A stretch of DNA of 63,896 nt, filler included, from Reticulomyxa filosa (lineage: Eukaryota > Protista > Foraminifera): NCBI GenBank assembly GCA_000512085.1. It is 17 parts of 17 records of this genome, joined end to end, with 100 filler letters (N's around TTAATTAATTAA, not from the genome) between each part and the next. Parts side by side here need not be neighbours in the genome. Positions count along the whole stretch, not along the records: positions 37,898 to 40,065 come from ASPP01004506.1; positions 40,166 to 43,501 come from ASPP01020116.1; positions 43,602 to 44,900 come from ASPP01016117.1; positions 45,001 to 47,171 come from ASPP01019996.1; positions 47,272 to 48,497 come from ASPP01003680.1; positions 48,598 to 56,265 come from ASPP01023550.1; 11 more parts are not named here. The stretch is one strand, 5' to 3'. Shown here piece after piece: positions 38,835-53,396 of this stretch; position 1 is the first letter of the stretch; each line of letters opens with the position of its first letter. The position numbers and the translations under genes are program-made. The notes under the pieces were generated by a model that saw only the letters and a list, made by a program, of their open reading frames with translations, searched no databases and was not told the origin of the DNA.

Positions 38835-41539
38835 TCAATACTAACAAAAAAATTTGCGAACACAAACCAGGTCAGTGTAACTGACGTTGTAAAAAGACTT
38901 GATTTTTGAGTTGCGGATGTGTCCACTGTTGAATTCTTCTCTTTTGAACAAAAACAATCCTTTGCCATTCTAAACTTAATTTTTGATGAAAAATAGACAG
39001 CTCCAATATATTTTACTCAGAACCACTTTCGAATAATAATAAACCATTTTTATTTAGTAAAAACCTAAAAATATGCCATTGACAATTTTTCGCAAAGTTT
39101 ATTTATTTTGAATGGAATAAAAAGTTATCAAGGTTAAAAAAAACCTTATTCAACATCAATAAAGTAATTGTGTTCTCAATCAATTAATTTTTGATTGGAT
39201 GTAATTGTGAGATCATTTAATTTTCTTTTTTAAAAATTTTATGTTGATATGTTGATGCGTTTTGCATTTGATTAAACGTCGCTAGGACTTTGATGCAATT
39301 TATTTTCATTTTGACATCTCCATCTTTGTGTGTTCCGTGGAGCCTCACGTGAAATTTCTCGCGTACCGTCTTTATTGACAATTTGTTCTAAAAAAATATG
39401 AAATGTAATATTTTTGAAATTGATACATATTTATTTTAAGTATAATTAATTTTCATCTTGTTGAGTTAATTTTTCTTTAAAAAAACAACAACGAAGTCAC
39501 GAAAAAAACCAAAATATATATCTTATGTGATTTGATAGTTTATATTTTACAATACTTGTTTACACGTTTTATGATTGCTTTTTCAACTTTGGGGCGAATT
39601 TAGGATAATCTAAAATGACGTTAGCAAAGAAAGAAAAATTTTGTATTAAGTTTCAAAATGTTCCAAAGCAAAATTGGCGTGCATGACGACACGAACAGTG
39701 CAGCAAAAGCATACAACAAAAATACCAGGCCAATAAAAAAGAATACATATAAAACAATATCTGTAGAGCCCCTTCTGATCCAATCTGGCAGATACATGAG
39801 TGGAGATAATAGAATACACTAATTGTATGTTTTCAACTCCTCTTCGCTTTCAGCTTCTTCACATAGCAAATGGAGATGTGAATGTGTGATGGATGTCATT
39901 ATGTGCAAAATGGAGTTGAAACTTTTCGTCAGTGAAGTGAATGATATCATGTAGCACTCCATTGTATATCCACTGATCCATATTTAATACAAAATAAAAG
40001 CTCAATACAATCTATGTTATTCAAAGTGCAACGCTAAACGATTATATCTTCTTTTTCATTTCATTNNNNNNNNNNNNNNNNNNNNNNNNNNNNNNNNNNN
40101 NNNNNNNNNTTAATTAATTAANNNNNNNNNNNNNNNNNNNNNNNNNNNNNNNNNNNNNNNNNNNNTTTGTTTTTTGTTTTTTTTTAATGACATTTGGATA
40201 TTCACATTCTGTTGGCGCTATTCAATTGTTATTATAATGGATCTTTATTATTCCTGTCTCCTGTATGCGGTTTCCTGTAAGTTGCTCCTTGACTATGATG
40301 TGTTGTCGAGCACGCCGTAGACCAAGTATTTGATGCAAGATTTGCATCATTGAGAGTCGTCTATGCCACCAGTCCTGCAAGGAAAAGAGTCCACTCATGT
40401 GGACAATCGAATGCAACGGTAATGACGACTCCGATCGTACGCGTTTTATCTATGGCCGGCCATGTGGTTTGTGCCAATAGGTATTGACGCGCTTAGTGAG
40501 GGATGCATTGCATCCTCCATCACTGAAATGGTCTACAATTTAATTTCTAGCCGATGATGTGCAATTGCTTGCAATCATTGGAAGTGGCCAATAACAACAC
40601 CAAAAATAAACGGCCGTCACAGCGCGATGCCTCATTTGTCTCAGTTTCGTTTCAATACTTTTCCAAATTTAATTTTTTGTTATCTATGTTGTATTTTGGT
40701 TCATTACACGATCACACTTACGGCATTTGTTTATGCAAAATAGTTGGACAAATAGTTGGACAAATATTTGTACGTGTGTCCAAGATTCCTGATCGGTTCA
40801 TCGATGTTATTCCATTCATTTTGTGGTTTTTTTTCTTTTCTTAAATTTGATTAATTATATATATTTATTAATTTTTTAGTTTAATTAATAATGTTAATAA
40901 TGACTTTCTCTACATCTTCAGCATTTCTTCTCTTTTAGATAAAATTTCACAAATCATTCACTTCAGATTAATTTTTTTGATATTGCATTATGACTATTAA
41001 TCACATGATTCAAATTGTTTAAAAAAAAAAACCTGTTCAAACACTTGTTGTTGTTGTCATCTAAATCAAACAAATGTTTCACACCATGCTTATTGTCTTT
41101 CAAACTATTTTAGTCAAATCAATGAAAACAAAAAACACAAACACATATGTATGTATACTTACAATGCCTCCGCAATTATGATCTTATCGTATATACTAAA
41201 GTACGTATATCATTTCGCATAAATTACGTACGTACACACAGCGCAAATAATCATACATGTGTTATGTGCGTAGCGAAAAGTGAGATAAATGAAGAATGTA
41301 TAATCAAAAATGAAATAACTATCAAATCGAAAAAGTTTATAAACAATGGGAAAAATGCAAACCCAATTATGCACAAACGTGCTGATACATTGTATAATGA
41401 TCCAAACTAATTCCAAAACATAAATATCAATGTGTCGTAGTAGTAGAATATGTTATATCATTATTTACTCTTTATGTATCATAACATTCCATAATTTCTC
41501 GTTAGAATATACTTTAGTCTTTTTTTTTTTTTTTTTGCG

Positions 41540-42340
41540 TGCACCCTTTCCATTCGGTTCCTGAACATTCATTGTACAAAGCAGTGGTTGCGATCACTTC
41601 TTCGTCCATTTTTCTCCATTTTTTGCCCTGCACGTTTTCATCCGAAACAAAAAAAAAAAGCATATCAAATTTCAAATCCTTTTTTCTATTGTTTCATTCT
41701 GTGATCAAACCATGCATGCACAACAAAACTTGAATTTGTTTATTTGCTGCTATCCATCGCATCAGATATAATAGCACGATGATTTGATCGTTGGTTCGTC
41801 TTCTCTACATTATTGATTTTTTTTTTTTTTAACATCATGTGTTTCGTAGTTTGTTGATTATTATATGCGAATATACCTCTGCCATTAGTCAATGTGACTT
41901 CGTAAACTTGTTTCCAGTACTGTTGTCCACAATCTATGGTGTTTGATATGTGTGGAAAGGATTGCCATTGGACGATAGACTTGCGTTATCGTCACTTTTT
42001 ATGTATCTTTGTGTTTGGTCACTATTTCATGCAAGCGACTCAAATCGGGGTAACACTTTCTTAAGGCGGACATCACGGCCAAAAAACAAACGAAAAGAGA
42101 TTGCGATAAGTCGAGAGGAGGCCATCAAAGCATTAACTCCTCGAAGCATCCATGAAACAGAAGAAGGGAGAATAATCACCATAGTTTCGTTTCTTTTTCA
42201 TTTGTTATTATCCAAGGAAGAAAGTTTGTCAATAGATTCATCATCAATTTCTTCTTGGGCAACATATGATCCAAATGATAAATCCTGTCTTTTTATGATA
42301 GATTCAATGATGCAAGTGATTTTTTTAATGTTCAACCTAA
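41540..42340 (-). pseudogene. Degenerate coding remnants of unknown family
   Basis: Protein-like frames interrupted by stops, e.g. LLCMHGLITE*NNRKKDLKFDML…DENVQGKKWRKMDEEVIA. Confidence 0.3.
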
Positions 42341-43678
42341 AGTCTTTCGATGTTTTGTGCTTTTTTTCAAGCAAAGTTATTCAGTGTTTAATCGAAAAAA
42401 AACAAAAAATTGAAATCAGTATTTTGCTTCCAGTTTTTTGTTTATGATATCATTTCTCAATATTTAAACGTAGTCATGTATATTTTAATTTACAAAAAAG
42501 AGGGTGTGAGAGATTGATAATGAAGTGTACACAAAAATGTATGTTCTGGTAGATGCCTTATTTTGACAAGGGATTAGCAGCTTCACATGATTTGCTATCC
42601 AGATGACGAAGGAAATGAAACATCAAAAAAATCCAATGGAAAGAGACAAATTATGATATTTTGTAATGTGTTTGGTAAAGTGTCGAAATTGAAGTGTTGG
42701 AACAGATGACATGTTTTGGATAAGAGTTCAGGGACATGATGTGGTTCTAGTGAAAATCAGTTAATATGAAAATGGACAACATTGGAGGGAGTACTCATGT
42801 TTTGTCTTTAAGTTGAAAGTTAAAAAAAAACCCCTTTGCATCATCGAACCTATAATTGAAAGACAGTCTGTTATCATTTTGCTCATATGTTACACAAGAA
42901 GAATTTGATGATGAATCTATTTACAAATTTTCTTCCTTGGAGAAAGCTTCTGGCAAAGAAAAAAAAAGAAAAGACGAATGAGACAAAGGCAAACTCAGGA
43001 TTATCCAATCGACAGTGGACAATAATCCCGAACAGGTTTATGAAGCCACTAAATACCCATCTGCCAATAGCAGAGATATATTTACACAGAGTAATCACCA
43101 AAAAAAGAAAGATTGCATTAAAAAAAAAAAAAAAGCAATGATATAGAGAATTAATCACTGTCGACTGTTCCAAAAATTTTCAATGCTTGGTTTGTTCAAT
43201 TTTCTGTTCTTTGTTGTTTGCACTAACGATAATAATGATTGGATAAACAAACAATAAAAAAAGATATTCAATTTTTAACTTTAATGATCCCAAGTGGACG
43301 TAAAATTCCATCGATGCATCTGATGCAATGGATATAATTAAAGATGTGGAGGATATAATAAAAAAAGGATGGAAGTGATGACAATTATTTTTATGTATGG
43401 AAAGAAAAGTTGTATCAACGCATGATGTGCAATGTATGTTAAAAAAAACAAAAAAGAGATTTTGGTATATGACAGTGCAGGCAGTTTATTCACAATCCAT
43501 CNNNNNNNNNNNNNNNNNNNNNNNNNNNNNNNNNNNNNNNNNNNNTTAATTAATTAANNNNNNNNNNNNNNNNNNNNNNNNNNNNNNNNNNNNNNNNNNN
43601 NATATATATATATATATATATATACAGTACGTAACCACAACCCAACAATACATCAATATGCAAAAAAAAAAAGAGTAC

Positions 43679-44836
43679 CTCTAGAGGGGGAACGTGCATT
43701 TGTGCTTGCAGCCAATCCAAAGGGACGTTGGTCCAGGGCGACCACACCAACGTCGAAACGGTCTTGTGCTGATAATGAACGACAGACAGCACTTTCCATT
43801 CGCCACTGCACAGCAGGATATCTCCTTGCGCCGTCGATACAATAGCCATTTGTCCGTGGTAATTGAGTTCATCATTGGCAGGGGCTAATGATTCAGTGCT
43901 TTCGCTTGCGCTTGGATTCTTTTGTTTTTGCCGCTTTTTGGACTTTTTCGAGGTGATCTTTTCTTTGGAATTAGCGGCACGGGAATATAGCCAAGGATTG
44001 ATCTTTTCAAACGTGAATGCAGTGATCGCCAATGGCTGCGACAGATTGCTGTTACTTTTCGTTAGATAGTCGTTCACGTTCGCAGAGGCCTCGTTGGGCC
44101 TCCATCCGTCGCTTGCATTTAGCACGCCGTCTCCAAGGGAATACAATCTCCACCCTCCATCTTTTTCCTCTTTGTCTGTTTGCCAACGTCAACATCAACA
44201 TCGTCCATATTTCTGTCCATTTTTTTTTTTTGAAATCTAAAAGCCTCCAACTTTTTTTTGGCTCTAAAACATATATACGTATACGTTTACATATACGTAT
44301 ATGTTTTTAGCACAAGTGCAAGGACGGGGGGGGTGGGTGTTGTTGTCCAAAAGAAAAGAATGGAATGCCATACGTATACGTACGCATGTATGTGCATGTG
44401 TATGAGAGAGAGAGAGACAGAGGCTGAACTGTGATAGGACCTCCGATGTTGGAAAGACACAAGTTTCCATTCCAAATGAGTGACAGTTGTTGGGTGAAAG
44501 GAAATGAATTCGACATGAGCTTCCCCAAAAACGTCCAAGCAGCCAATTTTTCCGTCGCATGTGCCATAAGCGATCCACCCTTCGTCGATTGGATGCCACG
44601 CCAAACAGGTCACTTTGTTTTTAATTCCCTTCCAAATCAGTTTGCAATGAAAAGGATCGCTGGTCGACATTTTGTTTTTGCTATCGTGTTTCACTCGATT
44701 GCTACACAACAATGGATTGCCCATGGGCTGCACTGGTCCTTTCCTGTCCTCATTCTTGTCGCTCCTTTGTTCAAAGTCTTGTTCGACCTCCAATGCGTCT
44801 GGCACTGTCCATATACGGATAGTCTTGTCTCCGACT
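43679..44836 (-). CDS. GEMIN5: Gemin5-like WD40 protein, internal exons
   Basis: VGDKTIRIW…IWKGIKNKVTCLAWHPIDEGWIAYGTCDGKIG…FHPTTVTHLEW…LYSLG…HKTVSTLVWSP follows the Gemin5 motif order (GVGDGMIRVW, WQGVKSKVTALCWHP.KEG.LAFGTDDGKVG, LYSCG) as recalled. Confidence 0.75.
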
Positions 44837-45000
44837 CTGTAAAAAAAAATATGTATACGTATATCTCAAATATTGGCTCTTTTTTTTTTTTTTTTTTTTT
44901 NNNNNNNNNNNNNNNNNNNNNNNNNNNNNNNNNNNNNNNNNNNNTTAATTAATTAANNNNNNNNNNNNNNNNNNNNNNNNNNNNNNNNNNNNNNNNNNNN

Positions 45001-47100
45001 TTATGCATTTCCAAGATGCAATTGGTACAACTTTCGTGTTGATTTGGTGGAAGATAATAAAGTTGTGGTATATTGCAATTTGATTGCAAAGATGATGAAG
45101 CCACAAATTAAGGAGAATAAGCAGAGCACCTAAATATTGAAACAAATGCTGTTATCTTGAAGATGTATAAAACAAAATAAAACAAAAATTTGTACAAAGA
45201 TATACATAACATAATAATCTAGTGACCTTCCCATGACAAACAGCGAGTAGTATCAATCGAAAGATACAAGAAGATGTTCAGTCGGAAGTATAATCTCCAG
45301 TCAAATATAAATTGGTAGATCTTTTCCAATGTGGCATGCGAGTCAAGAAAATATTAGACATCCTCATCACAATGCACAAACTCTAAATATCACATCCCGT
45401 CATTATAGTAATAGCTGCGTTCTCAAGGATCGCTTTATCTCGCCAATATATGAACACCACTGCTATCGTAAATGCAAATGTGATCCACCATTCCGTGTCA
45501 GAGCAATACCGCTTCACTTGCTTTCGTTCATAGCCATAGACAAAGTGGCGACTCAACACATTAAACAATGACCAAATTGCATTTGGCTTGAATAAAAATA
45601 AGGCCACAAATACTGCCTTACAATCGATTGCCATTCCCATTATCATTTCTATTGTCATCATTGTGCGTTTGATATGATATCGATAACATAGATTAATTTT
45701 GGAATCATAGTTGTATCAACTTATCTTCTTTGCTAATTGTCAAAGACGTATCCATCATATTCCCTTCGACGATGCAAAGTATAATATAACAAATCAACGC
45801 ATCGTCTTTATTTTGCTCTCTTCTTGTTAATGTAGTTAGTCTAATGTGATTTGTTATGTTACAATATGTTGTACTTTCATTTGTGTTACTATTTTTTAAT
45901 ATAGTTGTTTTTTTGATTTATTTTTTCAATCACTCTTGTTATCGTCAAGATCAGAACCAGTTGATTTAAATAAGCAGTCAAATAAGATAGAGTTGATACA
46001 TATTCATTTCTTGGATGAGACGTATTGAATGAAACTGTGTCCATCCAACGAATTATTCAATCGCATCAAAACATAGACAAATGTGTTACATAAACTCAAA
46101 TAAGTACAGCCTTTATAACCACAATCAAATTCGTCTCACAACATATGGTATTGATCCAAATTTCCATCTTCTCTTGCATTCCTCTCTTTTTTTGCAGCTG
46201 CAAACATCTTTAATCTTTAAGTGTTTTCTCCTTGAAGAGTTGGTTTGTGCATTCATTTTTCTATATCAACAAAATTTTGCGATAAATAATATTACTATAA
46301 AAAAAAGACAACACCCCTTTCTTTTTTTTTTTTAAAGACATTAGCTATTCTTTAATATAGTTCAATTAATTAAAAAAAATGAACAAATGAGCACCAACAA
46401 TAAAATGTAAAAAGATTACGCATATAAAAAAAAATTATTAATCAAGCACCTAGAACGTATGCATGCACAAGATTATAAAAAAGTATAGCAAGTAGCAAAG
46501 TGATCATAAGAGACGGTACAGGCTGTGATGTGGTCTCAGTAACACCAAAGTATAGCAAGACGTCCATGCATGGGTCCTTGTGGAGACTTCGAATATGTAC
46601 TGTGTTATTCCCTTGACAAAGATTAGTAAGGAAATCTATCCAATGGGTCTCCCACGGCGGCAAGTGATAATTCTTTTATCCGTATTCATTGATAGCAGTT
46701 TTATCACTTTGATTTACGTATACTTACTGATCAGGGAAGTACTTACGCCGTCCGAAAATCCATTATATTTGCTTGGCCTGAATATGGCCTCACGAAAACC
46801 CAAACAACTTAGTTGTGTTCTAGTATCATATGTTGATGTTGCAAGGATAAGTCAGTGCGTTATTGTGGAACGCTACACGATATGTGAGTATGACCATGCT
46901 AGTAATTCTTTCAGTTTATTTTCCAACATCTCCTTGTCGTGAGTGCATACATTGTGTTGGTTTGTTGTCAATATCACACATCCAGTTTTCTGTTGAACAG
47001 TTTTGCACTTGATTGCCTCCAGTACAAGGGTCGTCCAATGGATATGCATTCGTGCCTCTGGTCACTAGTATCATCTACAACAATGATTTTTAAGTTATTT
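45001..47100 (-). pseudogene. Decayed coding remnants (one hydrophobic membrane-type, one Cys-rich with hydrophobic end)
   Basis: Stop-interrupted protein-like frames at about 45001-45661 and 46442-47100; no family recognised. Confidence 0.25.
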
Positions 47101-50100
47101 ATGCTTCCACACATGTACACAATTTTGTTACTTTGCAAACCCCCTTTCATACTTGTTGCATGATAATCTTTNNNNNNNNNNNNNNNNNNNNNNNNNNNNN
47201 NNNNNNNNNNNNNNNTTAATTAATTAANNNNNNNNNNNNNNNNNNNNNNNNNNNNNNNNNNNNNNNNNNNNAATATACATGTACACATACGTATACATAA
47301 TATACATGTACACATGCCTTTTTTCCACCCCTTTTTACTTTGTTGAGTTGCATATCGATTTTTAACAGCTTAAAAAAAAACAATCTGCTGACTTTTTTTG
47401 CAGGTGTGATCAAATACACTGGGAAAGACGAGTCAACTTTTTCTCGATCAATCAAAAGGAGTTGTTGATATGAGCAGCATTATCGTGTCGAAGAATGGAT
47501 TTGAAGAAGGAGTTGAGAATTTTTTTTTTTTTTTTTTTTTTGGGGACACATTATTTTTATAAGAACATTTTGGACTGAACTGATTTGGATTTTAGATTGT
47601 CAGATACTCTGGCGCTCCTGATTTTGGCAAAGGTGAAAAGTTTGTTGGCGTGGAACTCAACGAATGAGACGAAAAATAGAAAGCAGTACTTTAGTTGCAA
47701 GACAATGGCAAAGGTTTTTGAAGACCCCTTCCAACCTAAAAGTATTTGAACCTGAATTATCTTTTGAACGAACAACATGATTGGCATGGAAGAGCAGCTC
47801 AAGATTTTGGAAAAAAAAAAGAGAAGGAATTGCAAAAGGAGGAATTGAGTAAAATGATCACAAAATTGCAAGCGAATGATTGTGTTGAAATCGCTGCAGG
47901 ACAAACAGGTTTATTTTAATTATCATTTATCATTTATCATTTATAATTTTGTTTTGTTTATTCAAACGAATAAATGACATAATAATAAAATATATATAAA
48001 TGAAAGCATCGGAATAAAGTTGGATAAACCACTCGCTCAAAACCACGATGACAAAGGCAAGTTTTCCACGAGACATGGCTGACGATGAAAGACATTTACA
48101 AAGAGCAAACACCCTCTGAAGTATATCCAGGAATACTTGTGAATGGCTCGTGATATAATGATAGATAAGGAGAATTTGGAATATTTGAATTACCACAAGA
48201 TGTTTTACATATGTGACATGATGGACAATCTCCAGTATTGGATGATTGTTATTGAAAAGGAGCCATTTGTTGTATGTTGCAAAAACGATGGATTGCCGTC
48301 ACATAACACTTTATCATCGCGTCAGTTTTTCAAAATTACACATCACAACATTGTATCAATTTGTTTGAACACTGTCAATTCGATGATAATTCATACAGCA
48401 GAGCCAATATCGTGAGTTCTGTGAAGCTCCTATCACAAATTTATTGAAACTTCAAAAAAAAAAAAAAAGCAATGCAACGATATTGGAAGACACTTTGNNN
48501 NNNNNNNNNNNNNNNNNNNNNNNNNNNNNNNNNNNNNNNNNTTAATTAATTAANNNNNNNNNNNNNNNNNNNNNNNNNNNNNNNNNNNNNNNNNNNNTGT
48601 GTGTGTGTATTTTAGATATATTTGATACTTTTCATTTATATTCAAGATATTGATTAACATTTCGTTTCATTAATTCGGAAACAATTTTCTCTGTTACTAC
48701 GTATACATTTCCATTATTGTCTTCAAGTTTTCTTTTTAACCTTCTTCTCTAATAGTACTACCGTACAATGCTTGCAAAATTTGCATTTCCTTTGTAAAAT
48801 CTTTTCGTTTTTCTTCATTTTGCATTCCACCCAAAAGTCTTCCACTTTCTTTATTACAAAGATTCAGTTCTTTTCGAATCCTAACTTTTCCATTTGTCTG
48901 GTTTCAAATATCAAATATATACATACATATAATTTTTTTTCTAAAATAATACACAAAAGATAAGCAAAACTTTTGTAAATAACAGGGTCTGTGTCTCTAA
49001 AAATGAAACAAAGTCGTCAAATTTGCTCCAACGAACAAAGTCTGTTTTTTTTTTTTTTTTATGGTACATATCGTTGATGTGTACTTATAGGTTTTTTTTA
49101 AACATTGTCGGACTCAGATAGCGTAACTTTCTCCAAGTTGTTCTGTATTTCTGCTTAGTTTCATTGTCCTTTCGAATTCACGAGTTTTTTCTTTGAAATT
49201 GTGGCTGTTTTTTTTTCAGCGTTACGAAAAACAGTTTTAATCTTGATCACATATACCAACGATTAATGATAATTTGATAAAGAATAAGAAAAGATATCTT
49301 CTTAACGTTTGCAGACTTCTAACTTCTAACAAGCGCCAATGATAGATACCTTGGAAAAGTACTTGAGAAAGGGAGGAAAAGGGGAAAGAACTGGAAGTAG
49401 CGTTCAAAACAAAAAAAACCTGGAGAACGTTAAAGTTTTTAATTTGAAATTGCAAATGTTTCTTTTTTTTTCCAACTCAAAACATATCTCTCCTGATTTT
49501 CTTTGTTTTTTTATAAGTATTTTATCAAAGAGAGGTTTGAAAAGAAAAAATAATTGTAATTAATGATTAAAAAACTTGACCATTAATTACATCAAATTTG
49601 ATATTCGTGCATGAAGTAAAAAAATCATTAAGTTATACGTATTATAAAAAAAATGAAATTTTGATTGTTTCACGTAATTTTTTTTCTTAAAATATATTGC
49701 CTTTTTAAAAAGCAAAACAAATGACAACTTCTTCCTTCAAAACACAAATGTTAATTTTTTTTATTGTAAATCAACCATGCGCAGCACAATATCAGAGACC
49801 AAACGAATTCAGTATATTTTTTGCTTCGGACAATAATCTAATAACACATATTTTTTTAACTGCAAAAACAATTCTAATCTGAAAAGTCTAACATAACTGC
49901 GATTCCTTCTTTTAAAAAGAATAACACATTTAATTTAATATTTCTTTACCTAGTGTTTCTTTTCTTTGCGACGTTGTAAAGCAATTCAACTGCTCAAAAT
50001 TACCAGAGTAATTGTAAAGATTGCAGGTTTTGTGCTGCTTTCTATGTCCTCAGATTGACCTGTAAGCTTTATTTGACAGACGTTTCCTATTTTATTGAAA

Positions 50101-53100
50101 GGGAGCTATATTTGAACTTTTTCTTTCAAACTGATCAAGGACTGATAAAATTATTTCTGGTATTTTAATACATTTATTGCTAAAATGGTCATTATTTTAG
50201 AAAAATTTTGAGTTGTTTAAATTTAAAAATTTCTGTATTTTAGTATTTCATCACATGACACAATATTGCCGTCTGAAGAAATATCTATTTCAGAGTGTCT
50301 TTTTAGTCTTTATATTCCTACTCCTAATTTTACATTCCGTAATTATGTTATGTATTATCGGAAAATATTTTACACCATTATGCTAGTATCTTCATATTTT
50401 TTCACTTTTTTTTTCTATATTCTATCAAAATGACAACAAGAAATAGTATAAATCAATTAAAAGAGAATGAAAAGAAATTATAAACAAAAAAATTGCTGTC
50501 AAATAAAAGTGCAATCAAAATTTTGGAGAAATATTGGAGTGAACATTGGATAATGTATGTTGTAAATTATTTGGTGAAACTTCTTTTGTTCCAGACAAAT
50601 CTCTTATTGCTGTCCAGACTACAAACAATCGACAGTAACATCTGTCGTAAAGGCAATATTTCGAATTCTGAGCATTCTATTTGTGCAAGTGATAATCTGG
50701 CGCCTGTAAAGGATAATCATTATCAATGCTTTTGTCCAATCAAATTAGGATTACTGTATGATTAAAAGCCAAAACAATCTGACAGTATGCAACAAATTTG
50801 GAATAACTTAAGTCCAGTCGTGGTAAATGAAAATAAAAGTGTTGTAGAAAAATAAAGAGAAAAAGACCGATTTATATAATTATCATTCCAACCGGAAGAT
50901 ATTTGAAAAGTACTTCAATTGAGATAGTATTAAGAAGAAATAGAGATAAAAAATACTAATTCTTACATAAGTCATGTCAAGGATATTATGCATCACAGAA
51001 ATTGCATTTGTTACAATTTTTTGAACACCTACCAATTATGATTTAAATAATCCAGAATTCCGGCGACAATTTGAAACGTATATTTAAATTAATAATATTA
51101 TAATATCACACGCAATCTTGGATTATGCATTTTGAAGGAACTAAGTTAGAAAACGTAAATTTAGATCAGTTCAGTTTTTACTAATCTTTTTCAATTATTT
51201 GCATTCTATTATAACTGAAATTAGCACCGAGCTATTTATTGCCAGCAGGTAGACTAAAAACTCAGATCAAATTGCTACATATTTCCATTTTTTATCACAT
51301 TTTACCATAAATTTTTGTATAACAACTAAGAAATCTACATTAATATGATGTTGATTAAAGGAACAGATTCAAAGTTGTGTCGATGATAAAAATAAAAAAT
51401 GAATTTTTCAAACATTATCTATTGTTTTTTTTTTTAATTAAAAAAATATTTATTACAATTATGAACATTTCATTAAAATGAAAATATGTGTTAAAAGCTA
51501 TTCCTTTTTTCCATAATTGTTGCTTGATATTTTTTGGACATTCATTGATTTTTTTTAGATAATGACGCACGAAGACAACATGTATAACTTTTTGAAGTTA
51601 AAGAAATATTTCGTCAAAAAATGACACATTTTTTTGTTAGATTCACATTGAGAAAAACTTCCAACTAAATACATCACTTGGCACGAATCAAAAAGTGACA
51701 ATTTTAAGTAATTAAGATATCTTTCATAATTATACAATCGCAAAATAAAAAACAAAACGCTACGAATTTTAGATAATATGTTGGCAAGCAAATTCGAATC
51801 GTTTGACTTTTATTTTACTTAGTTTGATCAATATGAATCCAGCTTTTGATTGTTGTTAATTTCGTGACTTAGTGTAGTTACACAATATCATAGCGCATGT
51901 TGTAATTAGAAATGTTAAACAAAAAACTTCATTGTGTTATTATTCTGTCATGCAAAACGTGTTATCACAAACAGAAACTAATTTTCTTTTCTGAAAGATA
52001 AGAAGAATACATTAATTTGTAAAAATTTCAAAAAAAGAAGTGTCAATCATGTAAAATGAAAAGAGTATAAATGCTGAACCTTTTTCTGTGGACGATAAAT
52101 AGTGATTATATTAAAAAAAATAAAAAATATATAAATCGAATGCCCTTGACTTGGGTAACAATTGTAGATATTTTCATAAAATAAAATTAACTTTTAATTT
52201 TTATTTATAGTCCAGATTAAATCACATGTATCACACTTTTTATAATGTTATTTTTTTAAAGTGAAAATTTGTAAGTTTTGCTAGAAATTGATTTTTTCAC
52301 ATTTGTAAGCAATTACATTTATTTCCTTCAACGCACAGCTAGCAGCATTTGACACTTTGCTTTAAGTTATATTTTCATAAACCAAATCTAGGATTTATAT
52401 ACTCAATCAATTCCTTCCAAGAAAATATTTTTTTGTTTTGTTAAAAAGTTTGGAAAATATCTCTTTTCTTTCAGAAAACTGCCAAAATTTTGCGTAGAGA
52501 ATCCACTTAAGCTTATTTATTGTGCAGTTGCGCCTAAATGTTACAAAGTAATGATTTTTTTGTTTATTTTCAACAAGATAAAAAGGCCAAAAGTGAACCA
52601 GAGGTATTATTCAAAAATTGTACAGAAAAATTCTAAAAATTAGTGAAGGGAAGGGTAAATGGTATTGCTATCCTCTAAAATTGCTTCTCTTTGACGGAAA
52701 TGCCTTGCGTACATTTTTTAACAAAACCGTAACTAATATTTATTACAAATTTGTCTGCAGAATCCACAAACGATATCCAACCACTTCAAGTGATAAAAAC
52801 AGCAAAACTTTCACATTTATTTCATTTCTTGCAAAAAATAATCCAAAAAAACTTTGGTTTTAATTGGCCAATGAAATGTTGGTTCATCAAAAACAGTTCA
52901 AAAAATCAAAGTATGAATATAAATGAAAACCAAATGTTTCTTTTTGCCAGTTTTGGGAAACAAAGTCAGTTTCTTAGCAAAGACACGAACAACTCGCACA
53001 GTAAATCCCTAACAAATTTGATTTTTATGTTTTATTGTTGATTTGATGACAAACAACCACAAAGTTACTTGGTAATAAGACTAAAAATATTTCAACACTA

Positions 53101-53396
53101 GAAGCCGTTGCAAACGTGTTTTTTCACTATTGTGAAGTTTGTGTTTTATTTTAGACAATAGTTGTGATAGTGCCCAATCAATTCACATTACTTTGAGTGT
53201 AATATGTGATCATACAATTTTCACGAAACCCCCGTGTAAAAAAATACATCTGTCATGATTTCAATGGATAAGATTATTCTTCAATCACAAGAAGGAAAAA
53301 AATTTTAAAAATTCGTGATGCAACAACATTTGAAAAGAAGAGTCAAACCAAAGTCCAACAAATGTGAGACAAGACATGCATAGCAGCGATGATAAA

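Noticed and set aside
40230-40640. GC-richer patch as a reverse-transcriptase or transposon fragment
   Set aside because: No convincing RT, integrase or transposase motif or terminal repeat could be read.
47272-53300. Scattered 60-115 aa ORFs in AT-rich DNA
   Set aside because: No motifs or consistent exon chain; some may be old pseudogene debris.
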